DNA from: an uncultured Flavobacteriales bacterium | GTDB lineage: Bacteria; Bacteroidota; Bacteroidia; Flavobacteriales; SAT41 | Reading direction: 5' to 3' | NCBI GenBank assembly: GCA_963996865.1 | Contig: CAXEHY010000047.1 | Location: 1 to 47,959 of the forward strand | Length of the DNA stretch: 47,959 nt | In this document: one piece after another, positions 37,865-46,936 of the stretch | How the letters are laid out: each line of letters opens with the position of its first letter | How positions within the stretch are numbered: position 1 is the first letter of the stretch | Made by a program: the position numbers and the translations under genes | The notes under the pieces: generated by a model | The model's database searches: none | What the model was told of the DNA's origin: nothing | Seen by the model: the letters and a program-made list of their open reading frames with translations, nothing else

Positions 37865-40800
37865 TTTTATTAAAATAATTTATAATTTTTTTTCTATAAA
37901 AATCACTGTAAGAAGGAGTTATTTTATGAATTTTTTCTTCTAAATTTTCTTTTTTTAATTTTTCTATTAATATTTCTTTTTCTATATCATAGTTTTCTTT
38001 TTTTGACCATTCTTTCGAGTTTCTTTTTTCCTCATAATCTTGTTCTTTTATTGCTTTTTCTGCCTGTAATAATCTAGTTTTAATTTTATTTTGCCTTATC
38101 ATAAAAACATTATTGATGTTATTATTAATCAAGTCTTTTTCATTTTGTTTCATCATTTCCTCTATTTCTTTTAATATTTTTTTTGTTTCTTTTTCTCCAC
38201 TAATTTTTTGCATTAATTCAGATAGTTTTAATCTTAAAAATTCTTGTTCTCCTGCCATTTTCATTAATTTCTCATTTGTTTTTTCTCCGTTTTTTCCTTT
38301 GTTTTTTTTGCCTTTTTTTATCATTTCATCTAGTTGTTTTTTTATTCCATTTTGCAGCCCTTTTATGTTTGAAATACTTCCTTTTCCTTTGCTATTAGGA
38401 TTATTGCACATTTTTTCCCCATCTGTCATCTTAGAAAGAGCTTGTTGCATTTGCAACAACACGTCAGAAAGCAGTAAAGCTAAATTGTTTGCAGAGGTCA
38501 TAACATACTGTTGTTTTTCGTTTGCTAAATTAATACGTCTTTCTTCTAAATTTTTTATAGATTCAGATAGATTAAAATTCATTTCTTCTATTTCTTTATT
38601 AACAATCGACTGTATTTGTATTACTCTTTTGCTGAGTTCAAATAAAGAGTCTTGAATCATTCTTGAATTATCGAAAATATTTTTTTGTTCTTCCATTAAG
38701 GTAACAAAAACAGGATCATTTTTATTAACTTCTTTTGTTTTGTATATAAGATCTTCCTGGTTGAAAGAAAGTATAATTAAATTATCAAGAAGCTGTCTTA
38801 AATTTTCAATGTTTTCATATGTTGCTTTAATTTGCATTTGTGATTTAGACGAATTTAGTTTTTTAAAAAGCTCTTCTATTTTTTTTTGTGCTTTTTCTTG
38901 ACTTTCTTGACTTTTTTGCCTCATTTGTTTTTGTAGTTCATTTAAGCTGTTTTCCATTTCTTTTAATATTTCCTCTTCTTTGCTTAAAGTATTTTCTAGT
39001 TTGTTTGGTTTTGAAAGAGAATCGTTTAATTCTTCTAGTTTTTTTAAGTCTTTTGTTATGTTTTCAAATTCTTTTTTTAAGTCTTTTTGTTTTTCTTCTA
39101 TTTTTTCAAAGTCTTCATTTTCTTTATTTTTTTCATTTAATTGTTTTTGCTCTTTAGACAGAGATTCAATTTTATTTAATATGTCTTGAAATTTTTCTTC
39201 AAATTCTAGTTGCTTGAATAATTCCTTATATCTATCTAGTTCTTTGTCTATTTGTTCTTTGTTTTTTTCTATTTTTTTTAAATCATTCATCATGTTTTTT
39301 TCATTTTCTTCATTCATCATTTCATTTATTTTTTCTAGCATTTTTTTTATTTCTTCATCTATTATCTTATCTAATAAATTTTGTAATGCAAGTAATTTTT
39401 CTTTTTCTGCCTCGGTCATTAAGTCGGTGGTTTTTTGTTTTAACTTTTTATTTATCTCTTCAAGGCTTTTTTTTATGTCTTCATACTCTTGTTGTAAGTG
39501 TTTTATATTTTGCCTCTTTTCCCACAATGACATTGCCTGGCTTACCAGGCTGTTTTTAATTTTAGATACATTTTCTTCAATATTGCTCGACTTGTTTCTT
39601 GAATGATTTATCTCTTTGTTTATTTCTTGATTTATTTTATCTTCTAGTTTTTGCAATTCTTTTTCAGAAATAAGTTGAATTTGTTTTTTTATAGTTTTTG
39701 TTTTTTTCCCACCATTTAAAAAATCATTATCAGTTACTTCAAAATAAAAATCAATTATAGAGTCTTTTAAGGGGTTCGTTTTAAAGGAAAATTCAAAAGA
39801 TTGATATATTTTATCTTTTTTTATTTTCAAATTAATTTTTTCAAAATCAACTTCTTTTAAATTTGAATGATAAAAACTTAACGATGAAAAACCATAATCA
39901 TCATTAATTACACCATTAAAGTATACAATGTTTTTGTTTGTTATTAATGTATCTATTACAGAAATTTCAGGATACTGATCTTTTATTACCTCTATGTTGT
40001 ATTTTATTTTTTGCATTTCAGTGTTAGAGTTTTTTAATGTTAAATAATAAGATTCAGGATTTTCTATTTGTCTTGTATATGTATTATTAGATTTAATTTC
40101 CACACTATCATTATTGAATGATAAATTTATTAACTCAGTGTTTTTTGTGTCAAAGCTCCAAGTAAGAATAGAACCTGCAGGCACTTTTATGTTCCCTGTG
40201 TTTTTTATTTTTTTTGATTTTCTGTTAATATGTTTAGGGTATTTTACATTTATAAAGAATCCTATCAGTTCAGGACTTTTATATACTTTTATTATTTTTT
40301 TATCAGAATAATATCCATTTGCCAGCAACCTGAATGACATATTTTCTTGTAGATTTTTAAAACTGTATTCGTAGGTTTTGTTAGGCAGTTTTTTCATTTT
40401 ATATTTTTGACTATTTGTCACTTCAACAAAGCATTCTTTAGGAATTATCTTTCCTTCTATTTTTACCTTTATTGTGAAATCTTCATGTTTCGGGCAGTTT
40501 AATTTTTTATTTAATAATTTAAATTTAAAAGGAGCAAAAGAATTTTTTTCATGAGAGTAAAGAATAACCCTTTTTGTTCCTTCGGTTAAAATATTAATAC
40601 CGCCCAGCAACAATAAAATTAGACCAAATACTAAAGGAATTAAAAGATATTTGATGAACTTTTTATTTTCATTAAAGGTTATAGCCTCTCTGAAGGAAAA
40701 TTTTTCTAATTCTGTTATTTTTTGATTTATACTAGCTTCCAGCAGCGCATTTTCCCCTGGTTCAATGTTTTCTAGCTCTATGTAATTAATAAGTTTATCT

Positions 40801-41114
40801 TTTATTTTTTCAAAATGTGATCCTATTATTTTTGCAGCAATATTTTCAGAAATAGTTTTTTGTAGTTTTAAAATTTTAAAAACAGGATTTAAAATATACT
40901 TCACAATAATAAACATGTTGAAACACACATAAAACCAAAACATAAAAGTTCTTATTTCAGTTTCTAATTTTCCTATGTATTCAGTTGTCGAAATAATTAT
41001 TAACAGAATAAGAGAAGAAGAAAAAAACAAAATCACCCCTTTTATAAGTTTGCTTTTATAATACTTATTTATAAAACCATCTATTTTTTTATGTAATAGT
41101 TTTTTATTGTTCAT
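37857..41114 (-). CDS. Large membrane-anchored coiled-coil protein of unknown function (DUF4175-like from memory)
   Basis: 1085 aa with three N-terminal TM segments. A beta-rich region of about 300 aa follows. After it come about 500 aa of K/E/N/L-rich predicted coiled coil and a C-terminal globular part. It overlaps ybeY by 8 nt. Confidence 0.55.
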   Translation of the reverse strand: MNNKKLLHKKIDGFINKYYKSKLIKGVILFFSSSLILLIIISTTEYIGKLETEIRTFMFWFYVCFNMFIIVKYILNPVFKILKLQKTISENIAAKIIGSHFEKIKDKLINYIELENIEPGENALLEASINQKITELEKFSFREAITFNENKKFIKYLLIPLVFGLILLLLGGINILTEGTKRVILYSHEKNSFAPFKFKLLNKKLNCPKHEDFTIKVKIEGKIIPKECFVEVTNSQKYKMKKLPNKTYEYSFKNLQENMSFRLLANGYYSDKKIIKVYKSPELIGFFINVKYPKHINRKSKKIKNTGNIKVPAGSILTWSFDTKNTELINLSFNNDSVEIKSNNTYTRQIENPESYYLTLKNSNTEMQKIKYNIEVIKDQYPEISVIDTLITNKNIVYFNGVINDDYGFSSLSFYHSNLKEVDFEKINLKIKKDKIYQSFEFSFKTNPLKDSIIDFYFEVTDNDFLNGGKKTKTIKKQIQLISEKELQKLEDKINQEINKEINHSRNKSSNIEENVSKIKNSLVSQAMSLWEKRQNIKHLQQEYEDIKKSLEEINKKLKQKTTDLMTEAEKEKLLALQNLLDKIIDEEIKKMLEKINEMMNEENEKNMMNDLKKIEKNKEQIDKELDRYKELFKQLEFEEKFQDILNKIESLSKEQKQLNEKNKENEDFEKIEEKQKDLKKEFENITKDLKKLEELNDSLSKPNKLENTLSKEEEILKEMENSLNELQKQMRQKSQESQEKAQKKIEELFKKLNSSKSQMQIKATYENIENLRQLLDNLIILSFNQEDLIYKTKEVNKNDPVFVTLMEEQKNIFDNSRMIQDSLFELSKRVIQIQSIVNKEIEEMNFNLSESIKNLEERRINLANEKQQYVMTSANNLALLLSDVLLQMQQALSKMTDGEKMCNNPNSKGKGSISNIKGLQNGIKKQLDEMIKKGKKNKGKNGEKTNEKLMKMAGEQEFLRLKLSELMQKISGEKETKKILKEIEEMMKQNEKDLINNNINNVFMIRQNKIKTRLLQAEKAIKEQDYEEKRNSKEWSKKENYDIEKEILIEKLKKENLEEKIHKITPSYSDFYRKKIINYFNKNE

Positions 41115-41169
41115 TAAACAAAATTAACACATTATCCGATTAATATTTAATAAACTAACGACTCTTGTA

Positions 41170-41177
41170 TATATTTG
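41170..41177 (+). promoter_or_regulatory. Candidate -7 box TATATTTG upstream of gltX
   Basis: TAnnTTTG match 22 nt upstream of ATG 41200. Confidence 0.35.
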
Positions 41178-41199
41178 TGTTATAAATAAAACTTTAAAA

Positions 41200-42705
41200 A
41201 TGGTTAGAGTTAGATTTGCTCCAAGCCCAACAGGGCCTTTGCACATAGGTGGAGTTAGAACAGCTTTGTATAATTTTTTATTTGCAAAAAAAAATAAAGG
41301 AACCTTTGTGTTAAGGATAGAAGACACAGATCAAGCTAGATATGTTGATTTTGCTGAGGATTATATAAAGAAATCTTTAGAGTGGTGTAATATTTGTTAT
41401 GATGAAGGAGGGGATAAAAAGGGGGATAAAGGGCCATATAGACAGTCAGAAAGAAAAGAAATATATAAAAAATATGTAAATAAGTTATTAGAAGATGGGC
41501 ATGCTTATTATGCTTTTGACACAAAAGAAGAATTAGAAAAAATGAGAGAAAATTTAAAAAAAGCAGGAGTGGCTTCTCCTAAATATGATAGCATTATGAG
41601 GGAGCAAATGAAAAACTCTCTTACTCTTCCTAAAGACGAGGTCAAGAAACTTTTAGATAAAAAAGCAAATTATGTAATTAGAATAAAAATACCGAGAAAC
41701 CAAGAGGTTAAACTTAATGATGTAATAAGAGGGTGGGTTGTAGTGAATAGTAATACAATAGACGATAAGGTTATTTTTAAGTCGGATGGCATGCCAACTT
41801 ATCATTTAGCTAATGTTGTAGATGATTATTTAATGCAAATAACTCATGTTATAAGAGGAGAAGAGTGGCTGCCATCAGCCCCTTTACATGTTTTATTATA
41901 TTCTTTTTTAGGATGGGAAAACAATATCCCAAAATTTGCGCATTTGCCTTTAATTTTACGTCCAGACGGCAAAGGTAAATTAAGCAAAAGAGATGGAGAA
42001 AAAAAAGGATTTCCTGTTTTCCCTTTGAGCTTCAAAACACAAGAAGGGGTAATTTCCGGATTTAAAGAAACAGGGTTTTTGCCTTCTGCTTTTATTAACA
42101 TGTTAGCTTTTTTAGGATGGAATCCTGGCAACGAGCAAGAAGTTTTTTCTTTAAAAGAACTAATAGATTCTTTTTCTTTAGACAGAGTTTCTAAATCAGG
42201 AGCAAAATTTGATTATGAAAAAACAAAGTGGTTTAATCAGCAGCATATAAGAGAAATGAATAATGAGGAAATTTATAATATTATAAAAAATGATTTTAAG
42301 GATAAAGAGAAAACCAAAATTTTAAAAATCATAGAATTAGAAAAAGAAAGAGTTTTGTTTCTGCAAGAAATAATCAACAATTCTTTCATTTATTTTGAAA
42401 GTTGTAAAATATCATATAATAACTATAATTATAAAGTTTCAAAAAAAGAAGGAGATGATATTTTACTGTCAATTTTAGATTTATTAGATAATATACAAGA
42501 TTTTAAAAAAGAAAAAATAGAATTATTAATAAAAGAATTTATAAACTTAAAAAAACTTAAATTTGGAGATGTTCTTCCTTTATTAAGATTTTCTGTAACA
42601 GGAGAAAAAACAGGACCCTCTATTTATTCTATTTTAGAAATCATAGGTAAAAAAAACTTTATAAATAGAATTAAACTTTTTATTAAAAATGCTGAATCAA
42701 ATTAA
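41200..42705 (+). CDS. gltX: Glutamate--tRNA ligase
   Basis: 501 aa with RFAPSPTGPLHIGGVRTAL (HIGH) and KLSKRDG (KMSKS). Confidence 0.95.
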   Translation: MVRVRFAPSPTGPLHIGGVRTALYNFLFAKKNKGTFVLRIEDTDQARYVDFAEDYIKKSLEWCNICYDEGGDKKGDKGPYRQSERKEIYKKYVNKLLEDGHAYYAFDTKEELEKMRENLKKAGVASPKYDSIMREQMKNSLTLPKDEVKKLLDKKANYVIRIKIPRNQEVKLNDVIRGWVVVNSNTIDDKVIFKSDGMPTYHLANVVDDYLMQITHVIRGEEWLPSAPLHVLLYSFLGWENNIPKFAHLPLILRPDGKGKLSKRDGEKKGFPVFPLSFKTQEGVISGFKETGFLPSAFINMLAFLGWNPGNEQEVFSLKELIDSFSLDRVSKSGAKFDYEKTKWFNQQHIREMNNEEIYNIIKNDFKDKEKTKILKIIELEKERVLFLQEIINNSFIYFESCKISYNNYNYKVSKKEGDDILLSILDLLDNIQDFKKEKIELLIKEFINLKKLKFGDVLPLLRFSVTGEKTGPSIYSILEIIGKKNFINRIKLFIKNAESN

Positions 42706-43063
42706 AATAGCAAGTTTAGAGTTTTACGCTTTTCATGGATGTAATAAAGAAGAGAGAGACAAGGGAGGAGCTTTTACAGTAGACGTTGAAATAGATTTTG
42801 ATTTCACTGCATCCGCAGAAACAGATGATCTAAGTTTAACTTTAGATTATGCTAAAATCACAGAATTAGTACAATTAGAGATGGACACCCCTTCAAAACT
42901 TATTGAAACAGTCACAAAGCGTATTTTAGACAAAATATTACTTTTGTCAAAAAAATCAAAAATAAAAGTAAAAAGATTGTTGGTTAGAGTAACTAAATTA
43001 AATCCTCCGTTAGATGTGAAAACTTCAGGAATTTCTAGTGTTATTATTTACAAAAACATTTGA
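42689..43063 (+). CDS. folB: Dihydroneopterin aldolase
   Basis: 124 aa with FYAFHGCNKEERDKGGAFTVDVEI, DDLSLTLDYAKI and KLNPP. It overlaps gltX by 17 nt and stops with TGA. Confidence 0.8.
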   Translation: MLNQIKIASLEFYAFHGCNKEERDKGGAFTVDVEIDFDFTASAETDDLSLTLDYAKITELVQLEMDTPSKLIETVTKRILDKILLLSKKSKIKVKRLLVRVTKLNPPLDVKTSGISSVIIYKNI

Positions 43064-43103
43064 AAAAAAGGTATAAATTTATAGATTTGTTGTCTCAAAT
43101 TTT

Positions 43104-43174
43104 GGTCGGATGGCCGAGCGGTTAGGCAGTGGTCTGCAAAACCATCTACACCGGTTCGAATCCGGTTCCGACCT
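43104..43174 (+). tRNA. tRNA-Cys (anticodon GCA)
   Basis: Hand-folded cloverleaf. The acceptor is GGTCGGA/TCCGACC and the D arm is GCC..GGC. The anticodon stem is GTGGT/ACCAT with loop CTGCAAA. The T arm is ACCGG-TTCGAAT-CCGGT. Length is 71 nt and CCA is not encoded. Confidence 0.9.
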
Positions 43175-43180
43175 CAAAGT

Positions 43181-43202
43181 GGTTTTTTTCCTCAAAAAAA
43201 CC
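43181..43202 (+). terminator. Perfect A/T-rich hairpin just after tRNA-Cys (possible terminator or processing signal)
   Basis: ggttttttt-cctc-aaaaaaacc forms a 9-bp stem with a 4-nt loop. There is no separate downstream U tract, so function is uncertain. Confidence 0.25.
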
Positions 43203-43210
43203 TAAATTTG
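43203..43210 (+). promoter_or_regulatory. Candidate -7 box TAAATTTG upstream of the SprB-repeat adhesin gene
   Basis: Exact TAnnTTTG match 55 nt upstream of ATG 43265. Confidence 0.35.
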
Positions 43211-43264
43211 TTCAGTTTTTCGTATATATTAAAAACCGATTAGCTGTTAATAACTTACAGGTTT

Positions 43265-46200
43265 ATGAAAAAGATTTTATTTTTATTATTAGGATTCATG
43301 TTTTCGTTTCATTGTAAAGCTCAATATTGTACTTCGCAAGCTTCAACTGTAAATGCAAGTGAAGTTGTTTCTAGGGTTTTATTTGGATCTAATATTCCAA
43401 CCTCATTACCAACCACTCCATGGGATCCAGCAACAGATATAATTAATCCTTCTACAACTGGATATAGTACAACTCCATGTACAGGATATTCAGATTTTAC
43501 ACAGGGAAATACAGGAACAACAACAGGTAATTTAAACGGACCTAATTGGGTTAGTGGTTTTGGTTCAGGAGAGAAGGCTTTAATCAAAAGAGGAGATACG
43601 TATTATTTTTTTATTGCAGGAAATAAATGCGCAGGAGGCACATGGGGATCTTTTAATAAAGGATTAAGAATATGGATTGATTGGAACGCGGATGGCAATT
43701 TTGCAATAGGGGAGGTCGTTTATACTTCTATTACCCCTCTTAGTTCTTGGGCCACAACATATTATGGAGCGGTTACTGTTCCTATGAATGCTTCTTTGGG
43801 GACAACAAGGATGAGAATTGTTTATCAAAGATTAACACCTCCAGTAGTTTCTGCATTTCAAATTCAGCCATGCGGGCCTTATCAATATGGTGAAACAGAA
43901 GATTTTACAGTTGAAATAACAGGATTAATAGATAGCGTTTCTTATACTAATATAAATTGTAATGGTATTAATGACGGGACAATTGATATTACTCCAGACA
44001 TTATTCCTCCTTTAAATTTAGTTTATTCTATAGACAGTGGAGCGACATGGAGTATTAATAATATTTTTACTGGACTAAGCGCTGGAGTTTATAATATTTT
44101 AGTTCAAGATACAGTAACAGGAGAATCAGAGGCATACTTATCTAATCCGGTTGTAATTACAGAACCTCCATTATTAACTTATTCTTCTATTATTTCGTCT
44201 GATTATAACGGATCAGATGTTTCTTGTTTTGGAGCCACAGATGGAGAAATTACAGTTAATGCAGTTGGTGGTACTCCTCCATATTCAGTTTCTTATGATA
44301 ATGGAGTTACTTTTCCAGTATCTGGAACTTCACCCTTAATAAATACAGGAATAGTTATGTTGCCAGCAAACACATACGATATTCAAGTTATAGACTCTAA
44401 TGGATGCTTATCTAATGTTACTCAAATAACATTAAACAATCCTCCCGCATTATCTTTTACACAGTCAGTTTTGACTGATTATAATGGATTTGACGTCAGT
44501 TGTTTTGGAGCTTCAGATGGAGCTATTGACATAACAGCTACAGGGGGAACAGGTAGTTATTTGTATTCTAATGACGGGGGAAATAATTATAATTCTTCAA
44601 ATATATTTAACGGTTTGTCTGCTGGAAGCTATGATTTATGTGTACAGGATGACAACGGGTGTAGTTTAAATATTGTGTCAGCTATTACACTGAATGAGCC
44701 TCCAGAATTATTAATATCATCCTTAAATATAAATTCTAATTATAATGGATCTGATATTAGTTGTTTTGGTTATAATGATGGAGAAATAGCAATTATAGTA
44801 TCAGGAGGAGCCGGTTCACCATTTAATTACTCAATAGATGGAGGGAGCACGTATATTACTAACGGAGGAGGTTCTTTGTTAGTAGGGGGGCTAGGATCTG
44901 GGACATATGATGTAGTAGCACAAGATATTAATAATTGTACTTCAGCGGTTGGTTTAAATTTAATAACATTAAATGATCCGCCTCAATTAAACGCTAACGG
45001 AATAGTTTCGTCTGATTATAACGGATCACAAGTTTCTTGTTTTGGGGCTTCAGACGGAGAAATAACATTAAATTCTTTAGGAGGAACAGGTGTATTAACA
45101 TATACATGTTGTGGTCAAATTAATTCAGTTACTAATATATTTACAGGACTTTCCGCAGGAACATATACAGTTACTGTTCAAGATGCAAATAATTGCACAA
45201 ACACAGCTGATGTTATTATTACCGAACCTTTAGAATTAGGCGTGTCAAACGCAATAGTGACTTCTGACTATAACGGATCACAGGTTTCTTGTAACGGTTA
45301 TTCTAACGGAGAAATAACTATTTCAGTTTTTGGAGGAACAGCTCCTTACAATTATATAGATATTGGAGGGCTTTTTAGCTCCAACTCTAATGTGGTCGGA
45401 GGCCTAGCTTCTGGGAATTATAATGTTTCTGTTATTGATGTAAACGGCTGTCAGAGTGGATCATCAATAACAGTAAATATATCTGATCCTAGTCCTGTAG
45501 TTGCGTCAGGATTAGTTGTTTCAAATTATAATGGATCACAGGTTTCTTGTAATGGAGATTCTGATGGAGAAATAAGTATTTCGGGAGCGGGAGGAACAGG
45601 AGCATATACATACTCAATTAATAATGGAGTTTCGTTTCCTTACACAGGGATTCCTCCAATAATAGCGACTGGATTATCAGCAGGAAATTATAACCTTGTG
45701 GTTCAAGATCAAAATAACTGCATAAGCTCATCTATCTCTATTACAATCACGGAACCTTCTTTAATAAACATAGTTATGAATCATTTAGATGCAGGATGTA
45801 ATGGTCTTGCTAATGGTTCAGCCTGGGCAGACGTAACAGGAGGTACAAGTCCCTATAGTTATTTATGGTCTGATGGCCAAATAAATATGACAGCTTCTTC
45901 GCTTACAGCTGGGAATTATTCAGTTATAATTACAGATATAAATGGATGTTCAGAAACAGAATCAGTAATTATCACAGAACCTGTAGCTCAAACTTCTGCA
46001 ACTAATTCTACCTGTTATGGTTTTGATGACGCTTCAATAACAGCTAATGTTCAAAACGGCAACGCAACTTATTCTTATTCTTGGGATGACTTGTTAAATC
46101 AACAAACAATTACAGCTTCAAATTTACCGCCAGGAGTTTATACGGTTACAATAACAGATCAATTCGGATGTATATTAACAGCAACAGATAGTGTGACAGA

Positions 46201-46936
46201 ACCAGAAGAACTGTTCGTCTCAATAATAAATACTCCAATATGTTTACCAGGAGATTTATCTACAGCAACATTAGTCGCTAATGGAGGAACACAACCATAT
46301 GTATTTACTTGGAGCACAGGAGAAATAACATCTTCTATTTATAATTTGAACCCTGGTAATTATTCCATTGATTTAAATGACTATAACGGATGTAACAACA
46401 TAGCTAATGTAAATATTCCGCCAGCCAATATTATGCAAATATCTTTCACAAGCACAGAGGCTTCTTGTAAAGATAATGATGACGCAATGATTTATACAAC
46501 TATACAGGGAGGGGTGTCTCCTTATCAGTTTTTATGGTCTAATGGAGTTGAAACACAAGATAATTTAAATATAGTTTCTGATATTTATTATTTAGAAGTA
46601 ATAGATGATTTAGGGTGTGTTATTAACGCTTCTACTTTTGTTGATGCAAATCCTCAAACTTGTTTATATGTTTATAACGCTTTTACTCCTAACGGAGACA
46701 TAGCAAATGATTTTTGGTGGATTGAAAATATAGATTTATATCCAGACGCTTTAGTTGAGGTTTATAACAGATGGGGAGATAGAGTTTTTAGCGCAAAGAA
46801 TTATAATAATTCATATGATTCAGCCTGGGATGGAACATATAATGGTAGAATTTTGCCATCAGCAACATATTATTATGTTATTACTTTAAATAACGAAGAA
46901 CTTCCTTATACAGGAACAGTTAATATTATAAGATAA
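43265..46936 (+). CDS. Large cell-surface adhesin-like protein: N-terminal GEVED domain, about 11 SprB-type repeats, T9SS type-B (gliding-motility-associated) C-terminal sorting domain
   Basis: 1223 aa with a signal peptide. YGETEDFTVEI closes a GEVED-type domain of about 200 aa. The repeated modules carry YNGS[DQ]VSC[FN]G.SDGEI...GGTG.Y. The C-terminus from nt 46661, CLYVYNAFTPNGDIANDFWWIENIDLYPDALVEVYNRWGDRVF...LPSATYYYVI, is the CHU_C/type-B CTD signature. Confidence 0.85.
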   Translation: MKKILFLLLGFMFSFHCKAQYCTSQASTVNASEVVSRVLFGSNIPTSLPTTPWDPATDIINPSTTGYSTTPCTGYSDFTQGNTGTTTGNLNGPNWVSGFGSGEKALIKRGDTYYFFIAGNKCAGGTWGSFNKGLRIWIDWNADGNFAIGEVVYTSITPLSSWATTYYGAVTVPMNASLGTTRMRIVYQRLTPPVVSAFQIQPCGPYQYGETEDFTVEITGLIDSVSYTNINCNGINDGTIDITPDIIPPLNLVYSIDSGATWSINNIFTGLSAGVYNILVQDTVTGESEAYLSNPVVITEPPLLTYSSIISSDYNGSDVSCFGATDGEITVNAVGGTPPYSVSYDNGVTFPVSGTSPLINTGIVMLPANTYDIQVIDSNGCLSNVTQITLNNPPALSFTQSVLTDYNGFDVSCFGASDGAIDITATGGTGSYLYSNDGGNNYNSSNIFNGLSAGSYDLCVQDDNGCSLNIVSAITLNEPPELLISSLNINSNYNGSDISCFGYNDGEIAIIVSGGAGSPFNYSIDGGSTYITNGGGSLLVGGLGSGTYDVVAQDINNCTSAVGLNLITLNDPPQLNANGIVSSDYNGSQVSCFGASDGEITLNSLGGTGVLTYTCCGQINSVTNIFTGLSAGTYTVTVQDANNCTNTADVIITEPLELGVSNAIVTSDYNGSQVSCNGYSNGEITISVFGGTAPYNYIDIGGLFSSNSNVVGGLASGNYNVSVIDVNGCQSGSSITVNISDPSPVVASGLVVSNYNGSQVSCNGDSDGEISISGAGGTGAYTYSINNGVSFPYTGIPPIIATGLSAGNYNLVVQDQNNCISSSISITITEPSLINIVMNHLDAGCNGLANGSAWADVTGGTSPYSYLWSDGQINMTASSLTAGNYSVIITDINGCSETESVIITEPVAQTSATNSTCYGFDDASITANVQNGNATYSYSWDDLLNQQTITASNLPPGVYTVTITDQFGCILTATDSVTEPEELFVSIINTPICLPGDLSTATLVANGGTQPYVFTWSTGEITSSIYNLNPGNYSIDLNDYNGCNNIANVNIPPANIMQISFTSTEASCKDNDDAMIYTTIQGGVSPYQFLWSNGVETQDNLNIVSDIYYLEVIDDLGCVINASTFVDANPQTCLYVYNAFTPNGDIANDFWWIENIDLYPDALVEVYNRWGDRVFSAKNYNNSYDSAWDGTYNGRILPSATYYYVITLNNEELPYTGTVNIIR
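44198..45779 (+). repeat. Six best-conserved intragenic tandem units (84-92 codons each) of the SprB-type repeat array
   Basis: The motif core tc[ta]-ga/aa-[tc]tataa[ct]gg begins at 44198, 44474, 44735, 45011, 45263 and 45521, with spacings of 276, 261, 276, 252 and 258 nt. More diverged copies flank the six units on both sides, spanning about 43950-46560 overall. Confidence 0.8.

Noticed and set aside
38113-39606. Several plus-strand ORFs (38113..38655, 38888..39157, 38980..39189, 39214..39606) antisense to the 1085-aa gene
   Set aside because: These F/L/S/I-rich translations are the expected complement of a K/E/N-rich coiled-coil coding region. They have no motifs and overlap each other in different frames.
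43129-43317. 62-aa plus-strand ORF starting inside tRNA-Cys
   Set aside because: It begins with GTG within the tRNA anticodon arm and reads through the hairpin and promoter region into the adhesin gene in another frame. This is not plausible as a gene.
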